From Pseudomonadota bacterium (GTDB lineage Bacteria; Pseudomonadota; Alphaproteobacteria; Caulobacterales; Hyphomonadaceae), in NCBI GenBank assembly GCA_039030525.1, contig JBCCDZ010000001.1:1-45161 (forward strand): a DNA stretch of 45,161 nucleotides, written 5' to 3'. Under the pieces are notes generated by a model, which worked only from the letters and a program-made list of their open reading frames with translations, was not told the DNA's origin and ran no database searches. Of the stretch, positions 36,651-45,161 are shown piece after piece. Each line of letters starts with the position of its first letter. Position 1 is the stretch's first letter. The translations under genes were made by a program, and so were the position numbers.

Positions 36651-38399
36651 ATGACCCGCTCTCACGCTGGTGCCCCAGACCACAAGTCCGCAGACTCAGG
36701 GCACACATTCAAGTTTCTTTTCGGCGTTATTCGTCGATGCCCCGGGAAGTTTGGGACACTTATGGGCTTCAGCCTCGCGGTGAATGTGCTGATGCTCGTA
36801 TCGCCACTCTACATGCTGCAGGTCTATGATCGAATTTTGACATCCGGATCGACCGACAGTCTCATTTGGTTGAGCTTGATCGCGATATTTCTACTCGGCA
36901 TCTATGCCGCAGCCGAAGCTGGCCGACGCCGTGTGTCCTCGCTGATCGGCGACCGGTTGGAAGCGAATTTCGCCGACCGTATGTTTGTCAGGTTTGAGCG
37001 CGGTGATGACGACAAAGTCGTTTTACCAAAAGATATGCAAGACATTTCCCGTATTCAGGCAACCTTCCAGAACGGCTCACTGCTCGCCTTTGCCGACTTG
37101 CCTTTCACGCCCTTATTTATCGCCCTCCTCTTCTTGCTAGATCCACTTCTTGGCGCGATCAGCCTTGTCGGAGGACTGATTGTCTTTGCCGTCGCAATTG
37201 TCGCGGAACTCACAACCAAAACGCCAGGCGCTGCAGCTGCAGCATCCACGGGTCTGGCTCAGGAACAGTTGACGGGCGCAGCAAGACAGCATGCCGCTAT
37301 TCGTGCCATGGGCATGACCGGTGCAATTGAAAGCCTGTGGCGGCAACAGCGAGATGAAGCTCTCAAGCAGACGTTGAAGACGTCAAAAATGGATGCCTCA
37401 TACGCGTCGATCGCGCGTGCTTCGCGTCAAATCCTGCAAATTCTAATCCTTGGCGCAGGTGGCTTTCTGGTTCTCTCTCAATCTTTGTCGCCGGGCGGAA
37501 TTGTGGCCGGATCCGTCATCATGTCCCGCGCGCTGGCCCCGATTGATCAAATCGTTGGTGGCTGGCGCTCCTTCGTTCAGGCCCGCACGTCCTGGCGGTC
37601 GCTCACCGAGCGATTGACGATTGATCATCAACGCCAAGATCACACACCTTTGCCGCGCCCGGATGCGAGCCTGGTTATCGAACGTTTAGCTGTTGGCGCC
37701 CCCACCGTTGAGGCCCCCGTCATTCGTCCCTTCTCTTACGAGGTTCGAGGGGGGCAATTGATTGCTATGCTTGGCACCAGTGGCTGCGGAAAGACCAGCC
37801 TGTTGCAAACCCTTGCCGCCGTCTGGCCGACAAAATCAGGCGAAGTCCTTTTGGCTGGGCGCAGCGTTCATGATTGGGCCAATGAAGATCGCGGACAATA
37901 TGTTGGCTATCTTCCACAAAGCATCGACCTCGCGCCTGGTACTATTGCTCAAAACATTGCGCGTTTCACCGAAGCGGAGCCCGAAGAGATCTATCAAGCG
38001 GCCCGCGACGCTGGCGCGCATGACGTGATCTTATCGCTCGCAGATAGCTACGAAACCCAAATCGGCCCCAACGGCGTTGGCCTGTCAGGCGGTCAGAAAC
38101 AGCTAATAGGATTGGCCCGCGCATTCTTTCGGTCGCCGGTGCTGCTTTTGCTCGACGAGCCAACTGCAAATCTCGATGGCGAGACAGCCGCGAAAGTAAT
38201 CGGGGCACTCCAATCCCGCGCCGCAATTGGCAGTATCGTGGTCACCTCGACCCATGACGCTCGGTTGGCGCAGAACGCACACACTCAACTGACCATTGCG
38301 CATGGCGGCGTGATCGCCAAGCCGATGCAAGAACTCACTCAAACAACAAAGAAGACCGCGTCGCGTCCGGTGCAGGTCTTTGCTCATGAAAGAGGATAA
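36651..38399 (+). CDS. prtD: Type I secretion ABC permease/ATPase (PrtD family)
   Basis: PLYMLQVYDRIL.S.S, DLPF.PLF, GSVIMSRALAPIDQ, Walker A GTSGCGKT, LSGGQKQ, LLLDEP; no C39 domain. Confidence 0.95.
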   Translation: MTRSHAGAPDHKSADSGHTFKFLFGVIRRCPGKFGTLMGFSLAVNVLMLVSPLYMLQVYDRILTSGSTDSLIWLSLIAIFLLGIYAAAEAGRRRVSSLIGDRLEANFADRMFVRFERGDDDKVVLPKDMQDISRIQATFQNGSLLAFADLPFTPLFIALLFLLDPLLGAISLVGGLIVFAVAIVAELTTKTPGAAAAASTGLAQEQLTGAARQHAAIRAMGMTGAIESLWRQQRDEALKQTLKTSKMDASYASIARASRQILQILILGAGGFLVLSQSLSPGGIVAGSVIMSRALAPIDQIVGGWRSFVQARTSWRSLTERLTIDHQRQDHTPLPRPDASLVIERLAVGAPTVEAPVIRPFSYEVRGGQLIAMLGTSGCGKTSLLQTLAAVWPTKSGEVLLAGRSVHDWANEDRGQYVGYLPQSIDLAPGTIAQNIARFTEAEPEEIYQAARDAGAHDVILSLADSYETQIGPNGVGLSGGQKQLIGLARAFFRSPVLLLLDEPTANLDGETAAKVIGALQSRAAIGSIVVTSTHDARLAQNAHTQLTIAHGGVIAKPMQELTQTTKKTASRPVQVFAHERG

Positions 38400-38403
38400 C
38401 TCC

Positions 38404-39708
38404 ATGTCTAAGTCAGAAACACGCAGCACTTCGGACAAGTTTGCGACGCGCATGGGTCAGGTCTGTTTTGTTGGCCTTGGCGGGTTTGCGCTCTGGGCTG
38501 GCTTCATTCCACTCGAAGAAGGCGTGAGCGCATCAGGGACTGTCGTCGTCGAGAATAATCGCCAGCTGATTCAGCATCTTGAGGGCGGCATCATTCAAGA
38601 CATCGCGATCAAAGAAGGCAGCCAGGTCTTGGCCGGCGATACGCTCATGGTCCTGCAAGAAACAGCATCGCTGGCCTCCCGAGATCAAATCATCCAAGAG
38701 ATCGCGACACTGTCTGCATCCGTTGTTCGCCTGACAGCATTGAATGACGGAGCCTTAGAACTCAACTTCTCGGCTTTGGCATATCTCACCGTCGGCGAGA
38801 CGGAGCGGGCGGCAATTCAGTCGCGGGAATATGATCTTTTTGTGCAACAACGAAACGCGCTATCCGCCGATACCGCAGTGCTGGACTCTCAGCGGCAGAG
38901 CGCACGCACGAGCGCACAACTCAAAGCGAACGAAATCGATATCACCCGCCGGTCACTGGACTCAACGCGCGAAGAATTGGCTCTGTTTGAGAACCTCTTT
39001 GAACAGCAGCTTGCTCGCCGCGACCAAATCATCGCGCTGGAACGTCGTGTGTCTGACTTTGAAGGTACGATCGCCCGCCTGGGCAGCGAGAAAGCCGTCG
39101 CTGAAGCGGAAGCACGAAGCCTCTCGACGCAAATCGCGCAAACCCACGCACAATTTCGAGAAGGCGTATCGACTGAATTGAGAGATACAACGGCACGGTT
39201 GCAAGCGGCAGAAGAGTCACTCTCAGCCGCGCAGGATGTGCTCAACCGCTCGATCATCAAAGCTCCGGTTGCCGGAGAGGTGCTTAACCTAGCTGCGAAC
39301 ACGAAAGGCGGAGTCGTTGCGCCAGGAGATACGATTTTGGAGATCGTGCCTGATGGTGACTCGATTATTGCTTCGGTCCAGATCAAGCCGACGGATCGCG
39401 CACAAGTGTTTGAGGGTCTGAGCGTTCGCACGCAAGTCTCAGCCTACCGGTCCTGGAAATCACCCAGCCTAGTCGGCACGATCCACGATGTCAGCGCCGA
39501 CCTGAAGCGCGACCCGGTTTCGGGCGCCGCCTTTTATGAAGCACGCGTGCAAATCGAATTACCGACGGACGGCTCCGGATCATCTTTAGAGATTACGCCG
39601 GGCATGCCGGTCGATGTGTTCATCTTTTCGGGCAAAAGCCGGACCACGCTCGACTATCTGATGGAGCCGATCGCGGCATCCGTATTCAAGGGGCTGCGCG
39701 CTGGATAG
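38404..39708 (+). CDS. prtE: Type I secretion membrane fusion protein (HlyD/PrtE family)
   Basis: IQHLEGGII, IKAPVAG.V, GGVV.PG..ILEIVP, PGMPVDVFI, RT.LDYL..P; ATG 38404 after AGAGGA. Confidence 0.95.
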   Translation: MSKSETRSTSDKFATRMGQVCFVGLGGFALWAGFIPLEEGVSASGTVVVENNRQLIQHLEGGIIQDIAIKEGSQVLAGDTLMVLQETASLASRDQIIQEIATLSASVVRLTALNDGALELNFSALAYLTVGETERAAIQSREYDLFVQQRNALSADTAVLDSQRQSARTSAQLKANEIDITRRSLDSTREELALFENLFEQQLARRDQIIALERRVSDFEGTIARLGSEKAVAEAEARSLSTQIAQTHAQFREGVSTELRDTTARLQAAEESLSAAQDVLNRSIIKAPVAGEVLNLAANTKGGVVAPGDTILEIVPDGDSIIASVQIKPTDRAQVFEGLSVRTQVSAYRSWKSPSLVGTIHDVSADLKRDPVSGAAFYEARVQIELPTDGSGSSLEITPGMPVDVFIFSGKSRTTLDYLMEPIAASVFKGLRAG

Positions 39709-39773
39709 GGTCTCCCACCGGGATCGATATTACAGACTGAATTTGCATTAGACTGACGCGCGCGGAGATCGAG

Positions 39774-40343
39774 CTATCGATGTGCGGCCAATCGAGCGGC
39801 GGCGCTCTCGACGTTGCAGGACATGATAATGATATCATGATCTTCGCCGTTTCGATCGCGCACGTGTTCTTTCAACAAGGCTTCTTGTTGAAACCCCATC
39901 TCTTCAAAAACAGCCCGCGCCGCCGACTGGTCCAACGTCATCTGTGCGATGATCTTCTCAACGCCTTGGCTAATCGCCTGCGCAAAACTCTCCTGAATCA
40001 TAATCCGGCCCAGCCCTTTGCCGCGTGCAACCGGACCCAATAGAACGCGAATCTCGCCAACATGAGGTGACCAGGATTTGCGATCGAGCATCAGACCTGA
40101 CATGCCAATCAATTCTCCAGCCTGCTCGACCAAGAGGGCCAAACTGTCCCCATCCTTTATACTCTCGAACCAGGCATCAACGACAGGACGTTTGGAAATG
40201 TCTCGGCGCAGGTAAAGCAGGTCGTGATCTGGCAGCGCACATGCAAAGCTGTGGACCACCTCGGCATCTTCTGCTGCAGGCAACCGCACCAAAATTTGTT
40301 CAGACCCAATCGCCAGGGTTTTGGGATAATCAGATTTTGTCAT
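39774..40343 (-). CDS. GNAT family N-acetyltransferase
   Basis: RGKGLGR acetyl-CoA motif, A...FE.MGF..E; ATGA overlap with phaC. Confidence 0.9.
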   Translation of the reverse strand: MTKSDYPKTLAIGSEQILVRLPAAEDAEVVHSFACALPDHDLLYLRRDISKRPVVDAWFESIKDGDSLALLVEQAGELIGMSGLMLDRKSWSPHVGEIRVLLGPVARGKGLGRIMIQESFAQAISQGVEKIIAQMTLDQSAARAVFEEMGFQQEALLKEHVRDRNGEDHDIIIMSCNVESAAARLAAHR

Positions 40344-41419
40344 GCAGACCTCTCCGAAAGCCAGTCATCCAGAACCGGCCACATTCGACCAACCGCATTG
40401 GCGCCGCACACAAGGCTGACATGTCCGCCCTTTAAGACGATATTCGTCTTATCCTCGGAACCAACCAACTCGACCAAGGGCGCGCTCGCCGCAGGCAGAA
40501 CCAATGAATCGTGTTGTGCACAAGCGTGAAAAATGGGCACGGTGATGTTTTCAAGGGACGCGGACTTCCCGCCCACTCTGAGTGTTCCGGCGACCAAACC
40601 GTTCTCCCAAAAAAGTTCTTTGACGGTCTCCCGAAAATACTCACCCGCAAGCGGCAGCATGTCATTGCTCCAACGATCATATTTGCGGAAATTCTCGACA
40701 AAATCGCTGTCCCACATATTCCGCCACAGATTGATTTGCGCTGCAGACTGACCCGCGGGTGCCGTCATCTGGAACCCCTGAAAGACAAAGTTTGGCGGCA
40801 CGTTTCCGATCAAGTCGACCATTCTATCGACTTCGAAATGTTTCTGATCCGTGACCTTGGTGAACATGCCCATTTCGTGAAAATCAATCGGCGTGGTGAA
40901 GCAGACCAGATTGCGCACACCCGCGCCTTTCATGGACGCGGTGAAAATTGTCGCCAGGACGCCGCCCATACAATACCCAATCAGGCTAGCTTCGTCTTCA
41001 CCGGTCTCTCGCGCGACAATGTCGAGGCATTCCTGAATAAAGGTCTGCGTATAATCTTGCAGGGTTAGCTTTTTCTCTTCGGGTCGCGGTGGCTGCCAAT
41101 CCATCAGGAAGACGTCATAACCAGCCTTCAACAGAAACTCGACCAAGCTCACCCCTGGCATCATGTCGAGCACATATGAGCGGTTAGACGTCGGCGTGAC
41201 GATCAAAATGGGAGTCTTGTAAACTTCATCACTGAGGGGATGATAATGGAATAATTGCAACGTGCCGCGCTGATGAATGATATCTTTTCGGGTCTGCCCA
41301 ACCGGAGGATCGTCGGACAAGAAATACGACACACCATTGATGTTGCGCTGAATGGTCCGATCAACGAGTTTTCGGATACGATCGCCGGTCGACTTTTCTT
41401 TTTCTTTCGTCTTGCCCAA
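40340..41419 (-). CDS. phaC: Class III-like polyhydroxyalkanoate synthase catalytic subunit
   Basis: Lipase box GYCMGG, NRSYVLD..PG.SLVE.LL..G.DVFL.DW, TPIDF, HDSLV, GGHVS; TTG start after GGGAGG. Confidence 0.85.
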   Translation of the reverse strand: MGKTKEKEKSTGDRIRKLVDRTIQRNINGVSYFLSDDPPVGQTRKDIIHQRGTLQLFHYHPLSDEVYKTPILIVTPTSNRSYVLDMMPGVSLVEFLLKAGYDVFLMDWQPPRPEEKKLTLQDYTQTFIQECLDIVARETGEDEASLIGYCMGGVLATIFTASMKGAGVRNLVCFTTPIDFHEMGMFTKVTDQKHFEVDRMVDLIGNVPPNFVFQGFQMTAPAGQSAAQINLWRNMWDSDFVENFRKYDRWSNDMLPLAGEYFRETVKELFWENGLVAGTLRVGGKSASLENITVPIFHACAQHDSLVLPAASAPLVELVGSEDKTNIVLKGGHVSLVCGANAVGRMWPVLDDWLSERSA

Positions 41420-41442
41420 CGAACATCCTCCCGCTTAGGCGA

Positions 41443-41820
41443 TCACTTTGTCTCTGGTGCCTTCGAACGCGTTGCTGATTTGGGTTTCTTTGTTCGAGCA
41501 GGCCCCTTGCGAACGCCAGCGGTTTTCTTGCCCAGCAATTCATGCAGCATGGATTCGACCGAGATCATTCGCTCTTCAATCCGTCCGCACTGCTCTGCAA
41601 GCTGAACAATATCTTCTTGAGTTGGCATGTTGTAGAGATGAAGGTTCTTACCCATGCGGTCGGTAAAACGCTTCTGCACACGCGCCTGCGTCGTGACCGC
41701 AGTGTTCATGACCTTGCCGAAATTATCTGAGCCAAAGACCGCCTTGCCGAGCTCGTTTACACGCTCTTCAAGCGCCGCGACTGTTTTCTGGACCGGGTCG
41801 CCGCCCTTTTTTTGTGCCAC
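41443..41820 (-). CDS. Short PhaE/PhaR-like PHA synthase accessory subunit
   Basis: NMPTQEDI.QL......IEERM..VE.ML motif, basic C-terminal tail, immediately upstream of phaC. Confidence 0.7.
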   Translation of the reverse strand: MAQKKGGDPVQKTVAALEERVNELGKAVFGSDNFGKVMNTAVTTQARVQKRFTDRMGKNLHLYNMPTQEDIVQLAEQCGRIEERMISVESMLHELLGKKTAGVRKGPARTKKPKSATRSKAPETK

Positions 41821-41905
41821 GCGGATACTCCAACTCTCTTTTTCTATTCGGTTTTTTTACCTCATCCGGTGGTGATCGTCCATTAGTCTTAAATATCGGC
41901 GCACA

Positions 41906-43213
41906 TCATGCCATCATCGCTGCGCGATTCGCATCGCGGGAATACGTTCTTGCAGACAGGATCAACGCCGCGATGCTGAGGGCATTCATCAACAGCATAA
42001 TTTCCAGAGCGGCCTTGAGGGGAGCCGTGTGTCCCGCGGCCGCCATCCGGTCACTCAGAATACCGACAATTGTCGGGCCGCCGCCAATCCCAATCAGGGT
42101 TAAGCACAGCAGCATGAATGCCGCCGCAAAGGCTCGCATTCTCAGCCCGACCAATTCTTGTGATGCAGTATAGGCAACGCTGGCATAGACCAAGCCAATA
42201 AAGCTCGGCACGATATTCCAGGCATACGCTCCGATGATGGTATCGGCTTGCAAGAACAGCCAGGCAAAGGGCAGCGCGATCGCTGCACAGATAGCGATAA
42301 TCAGCGGCCGCCAGATCAGGTTCTTGCGCGATAGACGATCGCAGATCAGACCGAGCACCACTGCGCCGGCTCCGCCTACTCCACCAATCAGGATCCCCAG
42401 CGGCGCGGCAACATCTCCTGGACCGACTTCATACGCACGCTGCAAATGGCTGGACGTGAAAACCAGAAACCCATTGGCAGAAACGCAAATCAAACTGCAC
42501 CCCAGCAAAAGCCACAGGAAGGATGACTGGCCGCCGATAAATTTCAGCGTTTGGAACAGCGTCGGGGCGTCACCCTGGTCCGTGCGTTGTTCGACGGCGC
42601 CGCGCACAGGTTCTTTGAGCGTGAACCGCACAATCGCAGCGAGGATAAGACCTGGGACACCAGCCACGAAAAAGGCCACGCGCCACCCCCAAGCCTCATA
42701 CACGAGACCACCCATGATAAAGCCCGCAAGGATGCCGAGCCCGATACCAGTCGTGTAGATTCCCAAGGCTGTTGCGCGCTCGTGCGGCGCGTACAGGTCA
42801 GAGATGATTGAAGTCGCAGGCGGCGTCCCACCGGCTTCTCCGACCCCGACGCCCATGCGGGCAAGCAGCAAGTGCCAGAAATTCTGCGCGAAGCCCGAAA
42901 GCGCCGTCATGCCGGACCAGATGGTCAATGCCAACGCAATAATCGAGCGCCGGTCGCCGCGGTCTGCCCACATCGCAATTGGGATTCCCAGAGTTGCGTA
43001 GAACGCGGCGAATGCGAGGCCAGAGAGCAGCCCAAGCTGACCGTCGCTGAGCCCGAGATCGGCTTTGATTGGCTCCAGCAGAATGACCAGAATCTGGCGA
43101 TCAATATGGTTGAACGTGTAAACCAGAGTCAGGATAATCAGGACATAAGTACGTGATTGACCCGTCGAGGCCCTGCTGGCTGCAGCCGGCGTAGGAGGCG
43201 TGGAACTTGTCAT
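41906..43213 (-). CDS. MFS transporter (spinster-like)
   Basis: N.IDRQIL.IL.EPIK.DL.LSD.QLG, ADRGDRR, AR.GVGVGEAG..P, GWR.AF. Confidence 0.95.
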   Translation of the reverse strand: MTSSTPPTPAAASRASTGQSRTYVLIILTLVYTFNHIDRQILVILLEPIKADLGLSDGQLGLLSGLAFAAFYATLGIPIAMWADRGDRRSIIALALTIWSGMTALSGFAQNFWHLLLARMGVGVGEAGGTPPATSIISDLYAPHERATALGIYTTGIGLGILAGFIMGGLVYEAWGWRVAFFVAGVPGLILAAIVRFTLKEPVRGAVEQRTDQGDAPTLFQTLKFIGGQSSFLWLLLGCSLICVSANGFLVFTSSHLQRAYEVGPGDVAAPLGILIGGVGGAGAVVLGLICDRLSRKNLIWRPLIIAICAAIALPFAWLFLQADTIIGAYAWNIVPSFIGLVYASVAYTASQELVGLRMRAFAAAFMLLCLTLIGIGGGPTIVGILSDRMAAAGHTAPLKAALEIMLLMNALSIAALILSARTYSRDANRAAMMA

Positions 43214-43248
43214 GACAGCCCGATCAAACGTGTATGGGTTTCAGTTGC

Positions 43249-43294
43249 AAAAAAGCGATCAGCCAGCTCAGGGAGGAAAACGAGCTGGCTGATC
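43249..43294 (-). terminator. Intrinsic terminator after the TonB-dependent receptor gene
   Basis: 13-bp stem GATCAGCCAGCTC/GAGCTGGCTGATC followed on the minus strand by GCTTTTTT. Confidence 0.8.
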
Positions 43295-43306
43295 AAATTC
43301 AATCGA

Positions 43307-45161
43307 TCAAAAATCGACCGACAGAGATGCTGTTACGGTTGTCGGCGCACCGTAGAACGCTGAGTAAGCACCATCCACACCGAGCTGACTCGGCGTCACG
43401 AAATTGTATGCGGCGACACGATACTCTTCGTCAGTCAGGTTGCGCCCGTGTAATCCGAATGTGTATTTTTCGGACGGCGAGGTCCAGACAATGCTTAAAT
43501 CGGCCAGCGTGTAGGAGTCTGGATCGAGCGCCGGTCCTCCGGCTGGGAAGATGGCGCTTTGTCCAGCTGCGAAACCAGCGTTTTCAACATTGAACAGGTT
43601 GTACTCATCGCGATAAGACAGCGCGCCAGTGATCGAGATCTCGCCTCTGTTTGAACCAAGCTCGTTGGAATAATTCAGCGCGACGCGTCCTTGCATCTCG
43701 GGCGTGTTTTGCGTCACGAACTGATCCGCAATATTGATGTCGGCGGAAATGATTTCGGTGATCTCAGCATCGATAAAGCCGAGGTTTCCGAGCAGCGTGA
43801 AATTGTCCGAAATGTACCAGGTCCCTTCGATCTCCAGGCCGGTATATTCAGACTCGCCTGCATTGAAGACAGACGACACGAACGTGTCATTCACGCCGTC
43901 ATTATCCGAGTCGGCGCCGTTCTGAACGGTGATCTGCTGGTCGGAATATTCTGCAAAGAAGACCGCAGTATTGAGCAAAAGCGTATCATCAAAGAACGAA
44001 CCTTTCACGCCGAGCTCATAACTATCGACGAATTCCGGCCCAAATCCCTGCTCAGACAATCCTGTTGGATCGAGGTCGGCCCGTGCACGTGGGTCAAAAC
44101 CGCCCGCCTTAAAGCCTTGCGCATAAGTCGCATAAATATTCAGGTCGTCATGCGGCCGATATGAGAGCGAGATGCGCGGTGTGAATTCCTCATCTTCGCG
44201 GGTCAGGCCCTGGAAATCTGTTTGCGCAACGAAGAAGACCGATGCCGTATTACTTGGATCAAATGAGCCCGACCCGGCGCCGAGCCAGAGCTCGCGCAAG
44301 ACGTCCGCTGTGGTTTCATCTTTTGTGTAACGACCACCGACGGACAGCGCCCATTGATCCGTGATGTCATAAGTGAAATCACCGTAGATCGAGAAGTTCT
44401 CTTTCTGTTGGTCGCCGGCCTGATACACGGTCAGTCCGAGGCCACCCAGAATCACGTCAAAGTCACCACTGGCATTGCCATCGAGATAGTAGATGCCAGC
44501 CACGCCCGACAATTGCTCACCTGTGTAGAGCAGCTGGAATTCCTGGCTGAACTGATCATCCTGATAAGTTGCCGGAACATCGAAGTCGTTTTGCGGAAGG
44601 GCGTCGAAATCTATCGGCGTAACAGTCGATCCTTCGCGATAAGCGGTGATCGACTTTAAGGTGACGTTTGAGTTGACGGTCCATTCGCCAGTCAGCGAGT
44701 AACCTTCGGTTTCGACGGAGTTCGAGTCTCCAATCCCGGCGCGCGTATCAAACACATTGCTTGTAACAGGCAGCGTGCCATCAGCGCTCGGCAATAGGCG
44801 ATGCCCGTGCTTGGCGTTTGAATCATCTTCCGAGCGGTCATAAGCGACCCGGAAGAATAAATCAGCGGATGGCTGCCACTCAGCACTCAGGCGATAGGCA
44901 AGTACATCCTTGTCGTAATGCTCAGCACCCGTATTGAGATTGGTACCGTAGCCATCGCGATCATATTTCGCGATAGCGCCACCGACGGCAAATGTATCGC
45001 TGAGGGGAACCGATCCAGAGACGATGGCATCCAGTTGGCTGAACGAGCCAACATTGACTTTTGCTTTCAAAGCAGGCTCGTCGCTGAGCTTCTTGGTGAC
45101 GTATTTGATCGCGCCTCCAATGGTGTTGCGCCCATAGAGCGTACCTTGAGGGCCCCGCAGC
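43307..45161 (-). CDS. TonB-dependent receptor (5' part beyond the window)
   Basis: Plug motif LRGPQGTLYGRNTIGGAIKYVT at the window end; GGRYTKD, YA.YAQGFKAGGF, SYELG.K, NLTDEEY; C-terminal Phe. Confidence 0.95.
   Translation of the reverse strand, partial: LRGPQGTLYGRNTIGGAIKYVTKKLSDEPALKAKVNVGSFSQLDAIVSGSVPLSDTFAVGGAIAKYDRDGYGTNLNTGAEHYDKDVLAYRLSAEWQPSADLFFRVAYDRSEDDSNAKHGHRLLPSADGTLPVTSNVFDTRAGIGDSNSVETEGYSLTGEWTVNSNVTLKSITAYREGSTVTPIDFDALPQNDFDVPATYQDDQFSQEFQLLYTGEQLSGVAGIYYLDGNASGDFDVILGGLGLTVYQAGDQQKENFSIYGDFTYDITDQWALSVGGRYTKDETTADVLRELWLGAGSGSFDPSNTASVFFVAQTDFQGLTREDEEFTPRISLSYRPHDDLNIYATYAQGFKAGGFDPRARADLDPTGLSEQGFGPEFVDSYELGVKGSFFDDTLLLNTAVFFAEYSDQQITVQNGADSDNDGVNDTFVSSVFNAGESEYTGLEIEGTWYISDNFTLLGNLGFIDAEITEIISADINIADQFVTQNTPEMQGRVALNYSNELGSNRGEISITGALSYRDEYNLFNVENAGFAAGQSAIFPAGGPALDPDSYTLADLSIVWTSPSEKYTFGLHGRNLTDEEYRVAAYNFVTPSQLGVDGAYSAFYGAPTTVTASLSVDF

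Overview
Alphaproteobacterial chromosomal window, probably a marine Caulobacterales/Hyphomonadaceae-like organism (inferred from gene content and CtrA-type boxes; not verified). It has five modules. (1) 1-14.6 kb: a Wzx/Wzy exopolysaccharide cluster next to a PAS-PAS-HisKA-HATPase-REC-Hpt hybrid kinase and a strongly LuxO-like sigma-54 activator; all three intergenic control regions carry LuxO-type TTGCA-N3-TGCAA boxes. (2) 14.7-20.1 kb: an IS6 scar, then a LysR-linked islet (MAPEG protein, lipoprotein haloalkane dehalogenase, GST-like protein, exported DUF1330 protein) sharing an operator-like motif. (3) 20.3-25.8 kb: a membrane-anchored wHTH-TolB-TPR regulator and an OsmC/flavoprotein/OsmC/methyltransferase operon. 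(4) 26-39.7 kb: TolC, S8 lipoprotein protease, outer-membrane beta-barrel, a convergent anti-sigma/ECF sigma pair and a ~1660-aa RTX protein with three circularly permuted CHRD domains and a spondin domain plus its type I secretion ABC/MFP; three genes share a TGAACC-N15/16-CGAC ECF-type promoter. (5) 39.8-45.2 kb: GNAT, PhaC/PhaE-like pair, MFS transporter and a partial TonB-dependent receptor. No rRNA, tRNA or CRISPR array was seen. All assignments come from manual motif reading, without database searches.
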